From Promethearchaeia archaeon (GTDB lineage Archaea > Asgardarchaeota > Lokiarchaeia > Sigyniarchaeales > SOKP01), in the NCBI GenBank assembly GCA_029856105.1, contig JAHQWH010000009.1, positions 1-62,833 on the forward strand: a DNA stretch of 62,833 nucleotides. The letters are read 5' to 3'. The position numbers and the translations under genes were made by a program. This document shows positions 29,424-39,806 of the stretch, one piece after another. Below the pieces are notes generated by a model. The model had not been told where the DNA came from, did no database searches, and saw only the letters and a program-made list of their open reading frames with translations. Every line of letters starts with the position of its first letter. Within the stretch, counting starts at the first letter, position 1.

Positions 29424-31118
29424 TTGAATCCACTAATAATGTTCGTTTTTAGTACTGCTTTATTTGTATCATTTCTACTATTAATTTTTTACGTTGTATT
29501 AACTCTTCGTTATAAAAAGTTTCTTGATAAAAAGGAAGTTCTAGCGGAACTAAGAAAAAAAGAAATCCATATTGAGAAATTTATTAGCGAAGAAAAAAAA
29601 GACGATGTGAAGAAGAAATTAGCGAAAATATCTCAAATTATATCAAAAACTGAAAAACAAGTAGAAATAACGGTTAAAAAGAAGATAAAAGTTGCTGAGG
29701 AACAACTTAAGCTTAAAGATACAGAAGTACAAGTTATCGAAAAAGCAGGTAAGGAATATCGGGTCTTTACGGCAGGATATAAGTCTGCTATGCCAAAATC
29801 TGATGAAGATTTAAAGCAAGACGTTGAGAATCTTGAAGGTGCAATTGAAAAGCTTGAGTCTTTCGATTTGTCTTTGGATAACATTGACGCGAAAAAAGCA
29901 AATGTCGGAGTTGGAATGTTTTACGAAAAAATGTCTCGTAAATTTGATTCCATTATTAGAGACTACGATTTAGATAAACTCAAAATAATTCCGATTCAAC
30001 AATTTAAATACCACGCATTTACGAATATTAAGAGCATAAAAAACGACGATTTTTTGCCCGTTCTAAATCTGATGAAAAAAACACAATTTCTAAGTGACAT
30101 TATAGAAATCAACCCTACATTTCATTTAATGGTGTTTACTGCCGAAAAGATCGAACTGTCGAATCCAGAAAAGGTTGTTTTAAGTTTTGTTTACGAAAAC
30201 GAAGATCTAACTATTCAAAAATTATTAGATATAACCAGTTGGGATTACACTTATGCAAATAAAATTATTGAAAAATTAAAGAAAAAGGAAATTATTCAGA
30301 TTGAAGAGGAGGATCACATTGTTATTGAAGGATTTAGCAAATTCGAGGAAAGAAAAAAATGGAACGAAATAATAGAAGAACACACAGAAAGAGAAAAAGT
30401 TAAGGAACAAGAAAAACTTAAACGCCAATTAGAACTAAAGGATAGATTAAAAGAACGCTTAAAAAAAACACAAAGCGTGAAAATTCCAAAAACACCTCCT
30501 AAGAAAAAACAACCTAAGGTTGAAGATAAACTAAAAGATACAAGCATAGATGAAATTGAAGAATTACCAAAAATTAAATTTGCTACCAAACCAGCTGTGA
30601 AAAGCCTACCAAAAACTAAAAAAAAAGAAGTAGCAAAAGATAAAAGTACGCTCAAAAAGCCATTAGATTTAGAATATGTTGAGAAGGAAGACCTTCAATT
30701 AAAAGAAACTATTTCTCAAAAAATCTTGAGCTACCACGAAAAGTTCTTTTTAATAAATGGTGGGTTCTCTCAATACGAGAAAATAAAGCAATTCATCGAT
30801 CAAGAAATCACAGATGTTCCTAACGAAGTAATTTTAACCGTATTAGACCAACTTTTTGAATTGAAATTGATATTTAAATCGTTTAAAATTGGTAAAGTCA
30901 TATATTATCTTTTTAAAGATGTAGAATTAAACGCTGTCGAAAAAAAGTTCATTAAATTCGCAACAAATAAAAAACCATTGAAAAAAATTAACTTCTTGAA
31001 AGGTTTAAAGTGGGACGAAGAAAAAGTATTAAGCACAATGAAAAGTCTTCAAGAAAAAGGAATTTTAAGGATAGAATCTAATAATATTATAATACCTGGA
31101 ATAGTTCAGAAAATGTAA
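29424..31118 (+). CDS. N-terminal TM + coiled coil + two EAP30 (Vps22/Vps36)-like winged-helix modules
   Basis: VGVGMFYEKM, ELSNPEKVVL...SWDYTYANKIIEKL, INGGF, ELNAVEKKFI...LKWDEEKVLSTMKSLQEKG. Confidence 0.6.
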   Translation: MNPLIMFVFSTALFVSFLLLIFYVVLTLRYKKFLDKKEVLAELRKKEIHIEKFISEEKKDDVKKKLAKISQIISKTEKQVEITVKKKIKVAEEQLKLKDTEVQVIEKAGKEYRVFTAGYKSAMPKSDEDLKQDVENLEGAIEKLESFDLSLDNIDAKKANVGVGMFYEKMSRKFDSIIRDYDLDKLKIIPIQQFKYHAFTNIKSIKNDDFLPVLNLMKKTQFLSDIIEINPTFHLMVFTAEKIELSNPEKVVLSFVYENEDLTIQKLLDITSWDYTYANKIIEKLKKKEIIQIEEEDHIVIEGFSKFEERKKWNEIIEEHTEREKVKEQEKLKRQLELKDRLKERLKKTQSVKIPKTPPKKKQPKVEDKLKDTSIDEIEELPKIKFATKPAVKSLPKTKKKEVAKDKSTLKKPLDLEYVEKEDLQLKETISQKILSYHEKFFLINGGFSQYEKIKQFIDQEITDVPNEVILTVLDQLFELKLIFKSFKIGKVIYYLFKDVELNAVEKKFIKFATNKKPLKKINFLKGLKWDEEKVLSTMKSLQEKGILRIESNNIIIPGIVQKM

Positions 31119-31162
31119 AGATTAACTGGAGCTATTCCCTTAACTTAAGTTAATATTAAAAG

Positions 31163-32953
31163 TTATGAGTAATTCGTTTTCACGTAATCTTGTACAGCCT
31201 TTATTTCTTTTAGATGAGTATCACGATTTCCAAAAATATAAAACCTTACTTCCGGACCGGTCCCGCTAGGTCTAAAATATAACGTCGAATCGTTACTTTT
31301 CAACTGGTATAAGTCCACTTTGTTATTATTGTCAGATAAGGAACTCACTTTATACTCTTTGTTATTGATTTTAATTGTTTTACCGTCGTTTTTTCCAAAA
31401 TTATTCATAATTTTAACTTTTTCCTCGTCAATTGCACTTATAGTTCTATTAATTCCTTTGATTGACCAATCAATTGATTCGGAAATTTTATGTCCACGTG
31501 AGATTAATTCTGTGATAATAACTAGAGCAGGCACGGGATATTTATCTGCGATAATTGGAAATTTTGTCTCAAATTGGAGTCCCCCAGTTATTTCGTCTTT
31601 AGAAACATTTAATATGTTCAGAGTGTGTCCTCCTGACTCTTCCCACATTACGATTAAAAATTCTTCTTCTAGTAAGTTGTTTTTTTTTATCAATTCGAGT
31701 AATTTTTGTTTTAAAGGCGCTGAGTTATCAATTTTTATCAAATTTTTGTTTTCATCTTCATAATAAAGAATTGCTGTATCCACTTTTGATTGGTCTACTT
31801 CGATCCCTAGTAGAAAATATAAAATCACCCCCAGGTGTTTATATCCAACACCCGTTAGAATATTTATAAAACTAGTATGGTCTCCTCTTAAGTCGCTTGG
31901 AATCGTTCTTACATTAATGATTTTCTTATGATAAACATTAGCTAATATATTATGCATAGCAGAATATATCTCATTCGGAATATAATAGTAATATTCACCA
32001 CTCTGTTTAACATATAAGGCAATTCTATCTCTATCGGCATCTAATAGTAGAGCTAAATCTGAATCTTCTGATTCCATAACTTGCCGCAATTTATCTTCTC
32101 GAAGCACTTTTATTGGATTGGGGGGGTTGATTTCTTCCTCTATTAAAATTACATTCGCTCCTAACTGATTAAATAGGTTAACAATTCCTCTAGCTTTCCC
32201 TAAGTAAGGCCAAATAACAATATTTTTACCTCTTAGGTTATTAAGTTCTAAAACTCTCGATAAAAGAGAAATTACATAATCGTTGTTTTTCTGCTCAGCA
32301 TCAATCAGAAAAGGTTTGTAATTTGGATCAAACTTAATTTCTTCAAGTTTTAGTGCTTTAGCACCAATCTCTTTAAATAGATCTCCCGACAGAGGTATCG
32401 GATAATTAATATAAAATTTAACTCCGTTCCACGATAGATCGTTATGAGACGCTGTTAGTACGATAATTAAGTTTATATCTTCGAATAAAGCGACAGAGGC
32501 GGCGCCATAAGGGGCAGATAATTTAGATTCCCCAGGCTGATCTGTTTGATGATATATTTCATATCCTTCATAAGCAAAAATTTGAGAGCAATACCGAAGT
32601 AGAATCTGTTTGCTTGGTCGATTATCGGTAACAATCAAAATTTTAAGATTCTTCCCTTCTTTCAGTTCTTTATATTTTTCACTAATCGCTTTAAAGGTTC
32701 TGAGAAATAAAAAAAGCTTTCTGTTGGGTAATAAATATTTTTTCTTTCCTTCTTTTTCTATATTTTCAAGAATCTGAATTCTTAACCCCGAAGTTGGGGC
32801 TACTAGTGGATCAACTAAAAATCTTTCTTCTTCGGTTAATACTGGCAATTCTAGAGTCCTAAAATTTCCATCTTCGATAAAGGGAATATCTTCTAATTCA
32901 AATTCAAAATCAATCAAATTAATCACAATAATTATTTGTAAGATAATAACCAA
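31163..32953 (-). CDS. Phosphoglucomutase/phosphomannomutase family; true start probably slightly downstream
   Basis: TSGLR, TASHN, NGVK, DADRDR, EESGG, RPSGTGPEVRFY. Confidence 0.9.
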   Translation of the reverse strand: MVIILQIIIVINLIDFEFELEDIPFIEDGNFRTLELPVLTEEERFLVDPLVAPTSGLRIQILENIEKEGKKKYLLPNRKLFLFLRTFKAISEKYKELKEGKNLKILIVTDNRPSKQILLRYCSQIFAYEGYEIYHQTDQPGESKLSAPYGAASVALFEDINLIIVLTASHNDLSWNGVKFYINYPIPLSGDLFKEIGAKALKLEEIKFDPNYKPFLIDAEQKNNDYVISLLSRVLELNNLRGKNIVIWPYLGKARGIVNLFNQLGANVILIEEEINPPNPIKVLREDKLRQVMESEDSDLALLLDADRDRIALYVKQSGEYYYYIPNEIYSAMHNILANVYHKKIINVRTIPSDLRGDHTSFINILTGVGYKHLGVILYFLLGIEVDQSKVDTAILYYEDENKNLIKIDNSAPLKQKLLELIKKNNLLEEEFLIVMWEESGGHTLNILNVSKDEITGGLQFETKFPIIADKYPVPALVIITELISRGHKISESIDWSIKGINRTISAIDEEKVKIMNNFGKNDGKTIKINNKEYKVSSLSDNNNKVDLYQLKSNDSTLYFRPSGTGPEVRFYIFGNRDTHLKEIKAVQDYVKTNYS

Positions 32954-33013
32954 TAGTTATAAAATTCTTAAATTTTTTATGTTTTCACTCAGATTTTTGA
33001 TTTAAATTGGGAC

Positions 33014-33898
33014 TTACTTAAGAATTTTATTTATGGCTTCTCTTAAAATCGCGTGAATCTTTTCTCGATATACAGAATTAATTGCAATCATTCCGTGGAC
33101 TTTAATGGGAGGGTTTCTTTCCGCTTCGGACAGTATCTTTTCACAAAATATTGGTGTTAACCTATTTGGCAAATCTTGTTTATTCGCGATTCCTATAACT
33201 AATGTGTCTTTATAATATCGATCTAAAATATCGTGAATTATTTCTTTGCATTGATTAACATTCTTAAAACTAGAATCTAGCACTAAAAGAGCTATGTCAG
33301 TACTATCCAATAAACTTCGCCATAAAGACCTATAATTACTTTGGCCCGCAAAGTCCCACAGCACAATAGAGCGGTGAATATCAAGTTCTTCACCGTTATA
33401 TGATGTGATATCCACATTTATGGTCGGGATGTATTCTAAATCTATTTCCTTACCACAAATGAGGTGTAATAGGGTGGTTTTACCGACTCCTCCAATTCCA
33501 ATAATAGAGACTTTTATAGAGCCAAGTATCGTATCATCAATTTCTCTTTCAAAATTTGTAAAAATAGCGCGATTTCCAGTCCAATCACCACTCGCTAAAA
33601 GTTCTCCATACATTTCAATGAATTTTGCTCTTATCGTTGTAATTTTAGAATTAACTACAGCGTCATCATCCACAAGATCTGTGCATACTACAATTATAAT
33701 CTCTTCAATAATTGTATAATAGTACTTAAACTCGTCTGTAGCCGTTGATTTTATGTCACTTTGACTTATTTCTTTCATAAACCCCGAAAAAGCACTTAAA
33801 AATCCCGCTAATAAGTCTCTATCCACATCAGAACTACCGTAATTCCTAAATAGCAAGGATTTTCCAGTTCGGGTCAATATATTAATGTATTGAATCAT
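33014..33898 (-). CDS. Longin-domain + Arf-like small GTPase fusion
   Basis: N-terminal GKSLLFRNY...LLAGFLSAF; GIGGVGKT, PT, WDFAGQ, ANKQD. Confidence 0.88.
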   Translation of the reverse strand: MIQYINILTRTGKSLLFRNYGSSDVDRDLLAGFLSAFSGFMKEISQSDIKSTATDEFKYYYTIIEEIIIVVCTDLVDDDAVVNSKITTIRAKFIEMYGELLASGDWTGNRAIFTNFEREIDDTILGSIKVSIIGIGGVGKTTLLHLICGKEIDLEYIPTINVDITSYNGEELDIHRSIVLWDFAGQSNYRSLWRSLLDSTDIALLVLDSSFKNVNQCKEIIHDILDRYYKDTLVIGIANKQDLPNRLTPIFCEKILSEAERNPPIKVHGMIAINSVYREKIHAILREAINKILK

Positions 33899-34125
33899 AA
33901 AATCACGAGGGTTTATGTTGTGAGGTGCTTATGCGCCTCTATTGTATATATCTTGATAATGACTCATAATTGAAGCTGTAAAACTTGATAATCGAAAAAA
34001 CTTGAATTTATATTTTTAATGTACTATATTTATTATAAAAAATTGATCTTTTTATAACATTCTCATCAAAAACATTAAAATAATCTTATTCTTCAAATTT
34101 ATTTGAATTTAAAAGGTGATAACTT

Positions 34126-34767
34126 ATGGCAGAACCTAACGACATTACACTTAACGATTTGTCTAAGTCTTTTAAAGAGTTCGACGAGAAAATTGGCGCA
34201 TTCTCGTCAATACTTGAAAAGTTTGGTTTAGATATTATAACAAAAATGGGACAGACAAATTTGAAAATTACGCAACTAACTGATAAAATTAACGAGCTAG
34301 ATAAGGCTACTATTGACATTAAAAGTCTAATACCTCAATTGAGTAATTTAATTGAAAATCAGAAAACTTTAGAAAACGAATTAGACTTAATTAAATCCCT
34401 GATTACAAATTTGACCGTAAGTCCTTCTAAAAAAGAAAGCGTAGAAGAAGTTATAGAAAGAAACGAATCTGCAACAGACAAGAAAGAATCGATAATAACC
34501 CAATTAAACGATTTAAAAGCGGATTTAGAAGATATCGACGATCCTCAAGCCGTTAGATTAATTTTGGAGAAAATTAAAGAAGAGATTTTCGAATTCACAG
34601 GCGGACATAGAATGCTCTATGAGATCTCACAAGCCATAAATCGTTTAAGCTCTGCAAAATCGTTATCAGATTTGTTTGACGCAGAAAATCCATCCTCTGA
34701 GAGTATTAAAAAATATTTAGAGGAAAAAATAAAATTTTGGATAAACAAATTAATGGTAAAAAAGTAA
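34126..34767 (+). CDS. Coiled-coil hypothetical protein
   Basis: GGTGA SD motif, heptad pattern, conserved-looking FTGGHR. Confidence 0.7.
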   Translation: MAEPNDITLNDLSKSFKEFDEKIGAFSSILEKFGLDIITKMGQTNLKITQLTDKINELDKATIDIKSLIPQLSNLIENQKTLENELDLIKSLITNLTVSPSKKESVEEVIERNESATDKKESIITQLNDLKADLEDIDDPQAVRLILEKIKEEIFEFTGGHRMLYEISQAINRLSSAKSLSDLFDAENPSSESIKKYLEEKIKFWINKLMVKK

Positions 34768-34960
34768 TATCTAATAAAAAACTTCAAAAAAAAATTTTTC
34801 ATAATTCTCTTAAACTTTCTCAATGAATTCCTTATTAATGCTTACTTTTTTCAATCGCTAAGCTTAAAAATTTTAAAAACAAATTGTTAAAAATTATAAA
34901 TAAGAACTTCATATTTATAATAACTATTTATAATTAAAATCACAAACGATCAGAAATCAA

Positions 34961-35530
34961 ATGAGTAATAACGAGAAAAAAGAAGGGAATTTAGTTTTTC
35001 AAGGGCGAACTGAATCGATTTATAAAGTGATTGTTATTGGCGATCCCGCCGTGGGGAAGACGAGCCTTCTTACAAAATTCGCTAAAAACCAATTTGAGGA
35101 AAAATATTTACCCACAGTCGGGGTTAATATTGTAAAAGAGACCATTGAATTGAAGGATATTAACGCCACAATTTCCCTGATGTTCTGGGACGTCGCAGGA
35201 CAACCACAATTCTATATGTTACATCGGCCATACTTTAACGGGGCGGATGGTATGCTTCTGGTATTTGATATAACACGGTCTAGTACTTTTTCCAACATCA
35301 ATAATTGGTACAATTCTGCCGTAAAATATGGGCTTAGTGGCATCCCTCGAATCTTAATAGGAAATAAAATAGATTTAAAAGACGAGCGTAAAATTATATT
35401 ACCCATGGCGGAACATCTAAGCGAAAAACTCAACGCGCCTTATTTCGAAACCTCGGCTCTTACGGGGGACACCGTAAAAGAAGTGTTTCAAAAAATAGGA
35501 GAATTAGTTTTCAAGTACAAAGAAAATTAA
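34961..35530 (+). CDS. Rab-like small GTPase, tandem copy 1
   Basis: GDPAVGKT, PTVG, WDVAGQ, NKID, SALTG. Confidence 0.95.
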   Translation: MSNNEKKEGNLVFQGRTESIYKVIVIGDPAVGKTSLLTKFAKNQFEEKYLPTVGVNIVKETIELKDINATISLMFWDVAGQPQFYMLHRPYFNGADGMLLVFDITRSSTFSNINNWYNSAVKYGLSGIPRILIGNKIDLKDERKIILPMAEHLSEKLNAPYFETSALTGDTVKEVFQKIGELVFKYKEN

Positions 35531-35817
35531 ATTTTAGATAAATTTTGTTAACTTTATTGCTTTAAGGTTTTAAGACTAATTAGATATGATTTAAGCTAAT
35601 TTTAAATTTCCTTGGCGGAGCAACCGCAGTTCTATTTAAAAATAAAAAAATTTTTTATCGATACTCTTTAACAATTCTTTTTAGTAGAAGCAAATTAAAT
35701 TCCTTTGGAGTGTTTCAAACTTAATTAGTTTTAAAGTAAATTCTTAAAAATTATATAGATGTACTTCATATTTATTATAAGAATTCAAAATTAAAATCAC
35801 AAAGGTTCAGAATTCAA

Positions 35818-36387
35818 ATGAGTAATAACAAGAGAGAAGAAGGAGGATTATTTTTTGAGGGGAAGAGTGAATCGATATATAAAGTAATAGTTATTGGTGA
35901 CCCCTCAGTTGGAAAAACGAGCCTTCTTACAAAATTTGCTAAAAATAAGTTTGAAGAAGTATACTTACCTACTGTTGGCGTTAATATAGTAAAGGAAACG
36001 ATTGAATTAAAGGAGTGTAACGCCACAATTAACCTAATGTTCTGGGAGGTTGCTGGACAACCACAATTCTATATGTTACATCGTCCCTACTTTAACGGGG
36101 CGGATGGTATGCTTCTGGTATTTGACATGACGCGGTCTAGCACGTTTTCCAATGTTTCTAATTGGTACTCTTCAGCTGAAAAATTTGGGCTAAGTAACAT
36201 CCCTCGAATCTTAATAGGGAATAAAGTAGATTTAAAAGACGAACGTAAAATTATACTGCCCATGGCAGAACACCTAAGCGAAAAACTCAACGCGCCTTAT
36301 TACGAGACTTCAGCTCTTACGGGGGACACCGTAAAAGAAGTGTTTCAAAAAATAGCAGAATTAGTTTTCAAATACAAAGAGAATTAA
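35818..36387 (+). CDS. Rab-like small GTPase, tandem copy 2 (G3 motif WEVAGQ)
   Basis: Same length and near-identical to copy 1. Confidence 0.93.
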   Translation: MSNNKREEGGLFFEGKSESIYKVIVIGDPSVGKTSLLTKFAKNKFEEVYLPTVGVNIVKETIELKECNATINLMFWEVAGQPQFYMLHRPYFNGADGMLLVFDMTRSSTFSNVSNWYSSAEKFGLSNIPRILIGNKVDLKDERKIILPMAEHLSEKLNAPYYETSALTGDTVKEVFQKIAELVFKYKEN

Positions 36388-36390
36388 AAT

Positions 36391-36894
36391 ATGAATATTA
36401 AACAAAGGCACTTCATCCAAAAATCGCAAATAAAAGAGTTACAGGAAGACATTTTAAAGCTTTACGACGAGAAATTCCTGAACCAAATTTTTCCTAAAAA
36501 AGCTCGAGTCGAGGTTATCCAAACGGAGGCTGGAGACACCTTATACGCCATAAATAACGTGTTAAAACTCTGGAAATCTAAAGACGGATTTATTCCTGTT
36601 TTAACGCTACTTTTTAATAAACAGGTCGATTTGAAAAAAATTGTCGTTGATAAGGGAGCTATTCGATTCGTTTCAAACAATGCAGATGTTTTTCGAGCAG
36701 GAATTACTGAGATTGATAAATCAATAAAAAAAGGAGACATTCTTCAAATTGTCGACGAGAATAATCATAGAGCAATAGCAGTTGGAAAGGCAATGTATAA
36801 TGCTAAGGAAATGGAAAATATGAATGAAGGGAAAGTAATCAAGAACCTTTTATGTGTAAAAAGTAAAGTGTGGAATTTCATTAAACATTTTTAA
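36391..36894 (+). CDS. PUA-domain RNA-binding protein (DUF1947+PUA, MCT-1/Tma20-like)
   Basis: VVDKGAIRFVSNNADVFRAGI, AIAVGKA, GKVIKNL. Confidence 0.88.
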   Translation: MNIKQRHFIQKSQIKELQEDILKLYDEKFLNQIFPKKARVEVIQTEAGDTLYAINNVLKLWKSKDGFIPVLTLLFNKQVDLKKIVVDKGAIRFVSNNADVFRAGITEIDKSIKKGDILQIVDENNHRAIAVGKAMYNAKEMENMNEGKVIKNLLCVKSKVWNFIKHF

Positions 36895-36901
36895 AAAAAT
36901 T

Positions 36902-37201
36902 TTATAGAGAGCGAATAAATTCTTCTTTTAAAACAGTTATTAATTCTTCTTTTTCATCAAATGGCGCGTTGACAAAATAATTACGCTCAAGTTCACAGGG
37001 TGCCATACTATAATGATTGAAGAGTAGCATAATCATTCTTAGTGCGTTTTCCATGAGTCCGTTATCGTCTTGTCCGTCCGTGATCTTCATTAAATCAATT
37101 ATTGTACGCATTTTCCACATGATTTTTTGGTTTTCGTCGTTTCCAGATAGTAGAAAATCGTCAAAGATATCCATATAGAAATCGCATTCGCATGCTACCA
37201 T
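36902..37201 (-). CDS. Hypothetical protein
   Basis: 99 aa ORF with upstream GAGGT SD. Confidence 0.65.
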   Translation of the reverse strand: MVACECDFYMDIFDDFLLSGNDENQKIMWKMRTIIDLMKITDGQDDNGLMENALRMIMLLFNHYSMAPCELERNYFVNAPFDEKEELITVLKEEFIRSL

Positions 37202-37620
37202 TATTAAGGAATACCTCTCTTACCCCTAATCTCCTTTTTCAACATTCAAGTAACAATAATCCAATCGTATTTTTAAATGGTTTTTTTATAGAAGAATATC
37301 GTTGCTATATTACAAACTTGCAATGGAAATTTTGTTTATATAACCTAAGGTATTTTTTTTTTAGTAAATGGTGCTTTCCTGTTTACTTTGCTATTTAAAT
37401 ACTAATTTGTTAGTTTTTTGATTATAGTGTATTTGAATAATATGAGTAAATCTATTAATCACAAATTAATTCGCGTAATACGTGGATATAATACGCATAA
37501 CACATCTATCTATAATCGCACATAACTTATATTATTTAGATACTACTTAAAGGGTCATTAGTAGTTATATCACGATGACTCGTAAAAAATATATGAAAAT
37601 TAAGGTCGCGTGTGTGAAAA

Positions 37621-37929
37621 ATGAGTATGTACAGATCGTATCTACTTAAGAACGCCTTCTGGGCTAAGAAAGGAAACGAGAGGGATGGAAACTTGAAAGG
37701 GGAAAAAGTATTTATAAAACATGACTCTGAAATAGGAGGAATTTACGCAATTGTCGACAATAACGATAAGAAGGGCGTAAAAATAATAGCAAATGGAGAA
37801 GAGCATTGGTTTAATAACTTTGACAAGTTAGATATGTTCCTTAGCCGATTAAAACAAAATGAAGACGATTTTATGAAGATTCTAAGAAGAAAAAACATTT
37901 CTCAAAGGTTAAGAACGCTGGAAATTTAA
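37621..37929 (+). CDS. Hypothetical protein
   Basis: 102 aa ORF with coding-like composition. Confidence 0.65.
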   Translation: MSMYRSYLLKNAFWAKKGNERDGNLKGEKVFIKHDSEIGGIYAIVDNNDKKGVKIIANGEEHWFNNFDKLDMFLSRLKQNEDDFMKILRRKNISQRLRTLEI

Positions 37930-38028
37930 TTTGGTTTTTACAAATTATCATCTATTCTTTTTCAATGGTATGAGATGAGTTTCTAAACCATTTTATTGTT
38001 AGATTATATTTGTAAGATGTTCTTAGAT

Positions 38029-39642
38029 TTAATCGTTGTAAATAGGTTGTAGTCCTGATTGAAAGTGGCGCAATCTTAAATCAGCACCACGAGAAACTCT
38101 TATTTTCGGAATTTTTTCTCGATTGCGATAAAGTTCAGTTACCGCAGCAACTGCGTAATTAATATGAGAAAGTCCATAGGTGTTTCTAGGTACCGCAAAT
38201 CGAACAAAATTTAAGATACTTTTTCGTTGTTCTGGCGTTTTCTTATCCCACTCAAACGCAAAAGGTCCTAATTCACAGGCTCTAATTCCGTAATGTCTTA
38301 AAAGTTCTATACAGAACCCGACGCCCCCATAATCGTCAATTTTCATATCGGTTCCTTCAAAAAATTTCTCCACATTAATATACACTGCATGTCCACCGGC
38401 AGGAAGAACGACGGGGACTCCATTAATTGCCAGTTTTTTTGCAAATTCTCGAACTTGGCCAATCCTCTCAGCCAGATATGGTTCTTTAACAACTTCATAT
38501 AATCCTACTGCTAAAGCCATAATGTCTCGACCTGATAATCCCCCGTACGAGTCGTTCCCAAATGTAAGGATTTGATTTTCTTTTAATTTGGTACCAATAT
38601 TCCCGTTAGTCGAGAATTTTTTGTAAAATACTCCTTGATCTCTAAAAAATAAACCCCCGCCTATGTTGGCAAGTCCATCTTTTTTAAAACTTATAGTAAA
38701 ACCATCAACGTAAGAAAACATCTCTTGAATTATTTTTAAAATGCTAAGTTTATTATACCCTTCTTCGAATTCCTTAATGAAAAAAGCGTTTTCTGCGAAT
38801 CTGCAAGCATCTAGAAAAAGCGGAATTCCATAGCGATGTGCGATTTCTTTAATCGTCTTAATGTTATTCATTGAAACGGGTTGACCTGCGGCAGTGTTAT
38901 TAGTAATAGTTAAATATATTAATGGGATGCTATCGGCTCCCTTTTTTTGGATAAAAGATTCCAATTTTTCACTATCCATATTTCCCTTGAAAGGATTTTT
39001 AATATCCATTTGATCGTGAGGAAAGTCTTCCAATAAGTTTGCTGAGAATAGATTTATTGGATGTAATCCATTTGCGGCAATATTTGCTTCAGTTGTATCG
39101 AAGTGTCCGTTGTTGAGGATGAAGAATTCTTTATTTGGGGTCTTTTCCTTTAGAATTGGAGCAATAGTGGAAAATAACAAATGTTCCGCACAACGACCTT
39201 GGGGTACTAAAAACGCGTTAGGGCGAATTAGCTGATGAATTCCCCCGTTAACAAAACCTCCTTCGAACGATGTAAGATATAACTCGTCCATTAATTTTTG
39301 TACATTGTTTTCTCCAGAAAGAACCAAGTTTATAGCGTTTTTTGGCTCACTTCCCCTTTCAAAAGTATCTCTAATAGCATCAAGAAGAACATAATATCCT
39401 TTGTTACGCCCATAAGATTCATCTCCGTGGAAAAGTGCAGCCCACTGCAAGTCCGTCATAGATGAACTTCCACTATCAGAAAGAAAATCTAATACAAGCA
39501 TATCTGCTGGAAAAGAAAACATACTGTATTCTGTCTTTTTCAAAGCAACTTCTCTCTGCTCTTTAGAAACTTCTTTGATATTCCTTACAATTAAAGCTCG
39601 TTTAGACGGAACTGGAACGTTTAATTCATGCATAGATTTCAT
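38029..39642 (-). CDS. tnaA: Tryptophanase / tyrosine phenol-lyase family (PLP beta-eliminating lyase)
   Basis: DFLSDSG, GDESY, QGRCAE, HFDTT, DACRFAENA, SFKKDG, YGGLSGRD, GGHAVY, LRHF. Confidence 0.85.
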   Translation of the reverse strand: MKSMHELNVPVPSKRALIVRNIKEVSKEQREVALKKTEYSMFSFPADMLVLDFLSDSGSSSMTDLQWAALFHGDESYGRNKGYYVLLDAIRDTFERGSEPKNAINLVLSGENNVQKLMDELYLTSFEGGFVNGGIHQLIRPNAFLVPQGRCAEHLLFSTIAPILKEKTPNKEFFILNNGHFDTTEANIAANGLHPINLFSANLLEDFPHDQMDIKNPFKGNMDSEKLESFIQKKGADSIPLIYLTITNNTAAGQPVSMNNIKTIKEIAHRYGIPLFLDACRFAENAFFIKEFEEGYNKLSILKIIQEMFSYVDGFTISFKKDGLANIGGGLFFRDQGVFYKKFSTNGNIGTKLKENQILTFGNDSYGGLSGRDIMALAVGLYEVVKEPYLAERIGQVREFAKKLAINGVPVVLPAGGHAVYINVEKFFEGTDMKIDDYGGVGFCIELLRHYGIRACELGPFAFEWDKKTPEQRKSILNFVRFAVPRNTYGLSHINYAVAAVTELYRNREKIPKIRVSRGADLRLRHFQSGLQPIYND

Positions 39643-39806
39643 AATATTGCCATCAGAATTTTGTTTTAAAGTTATAGTTTATTGTTAAAAATAGAAATCG
39701 TACAACATTACTTTTTAATAATTAATAGAAGGTATAAAAATTTTATAACATATTCTTTATTTTTTCTTTTCTCTTAAAACGGAAAGAAATTCAGAATGAT
39801 TTTAGA

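Larger units (their letters stand above)
34888..36387 (+). repeat. Tandem duplication of promoter + Rab gene (about 34888-35530 and 35746-36387)
   Basis: Upstream ACTTCATATTTAT...AATTAAAATCACAAA..TCAGAA.TCAAATGAGTAATAAC is shared by both copies. Confidence 0.9.
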
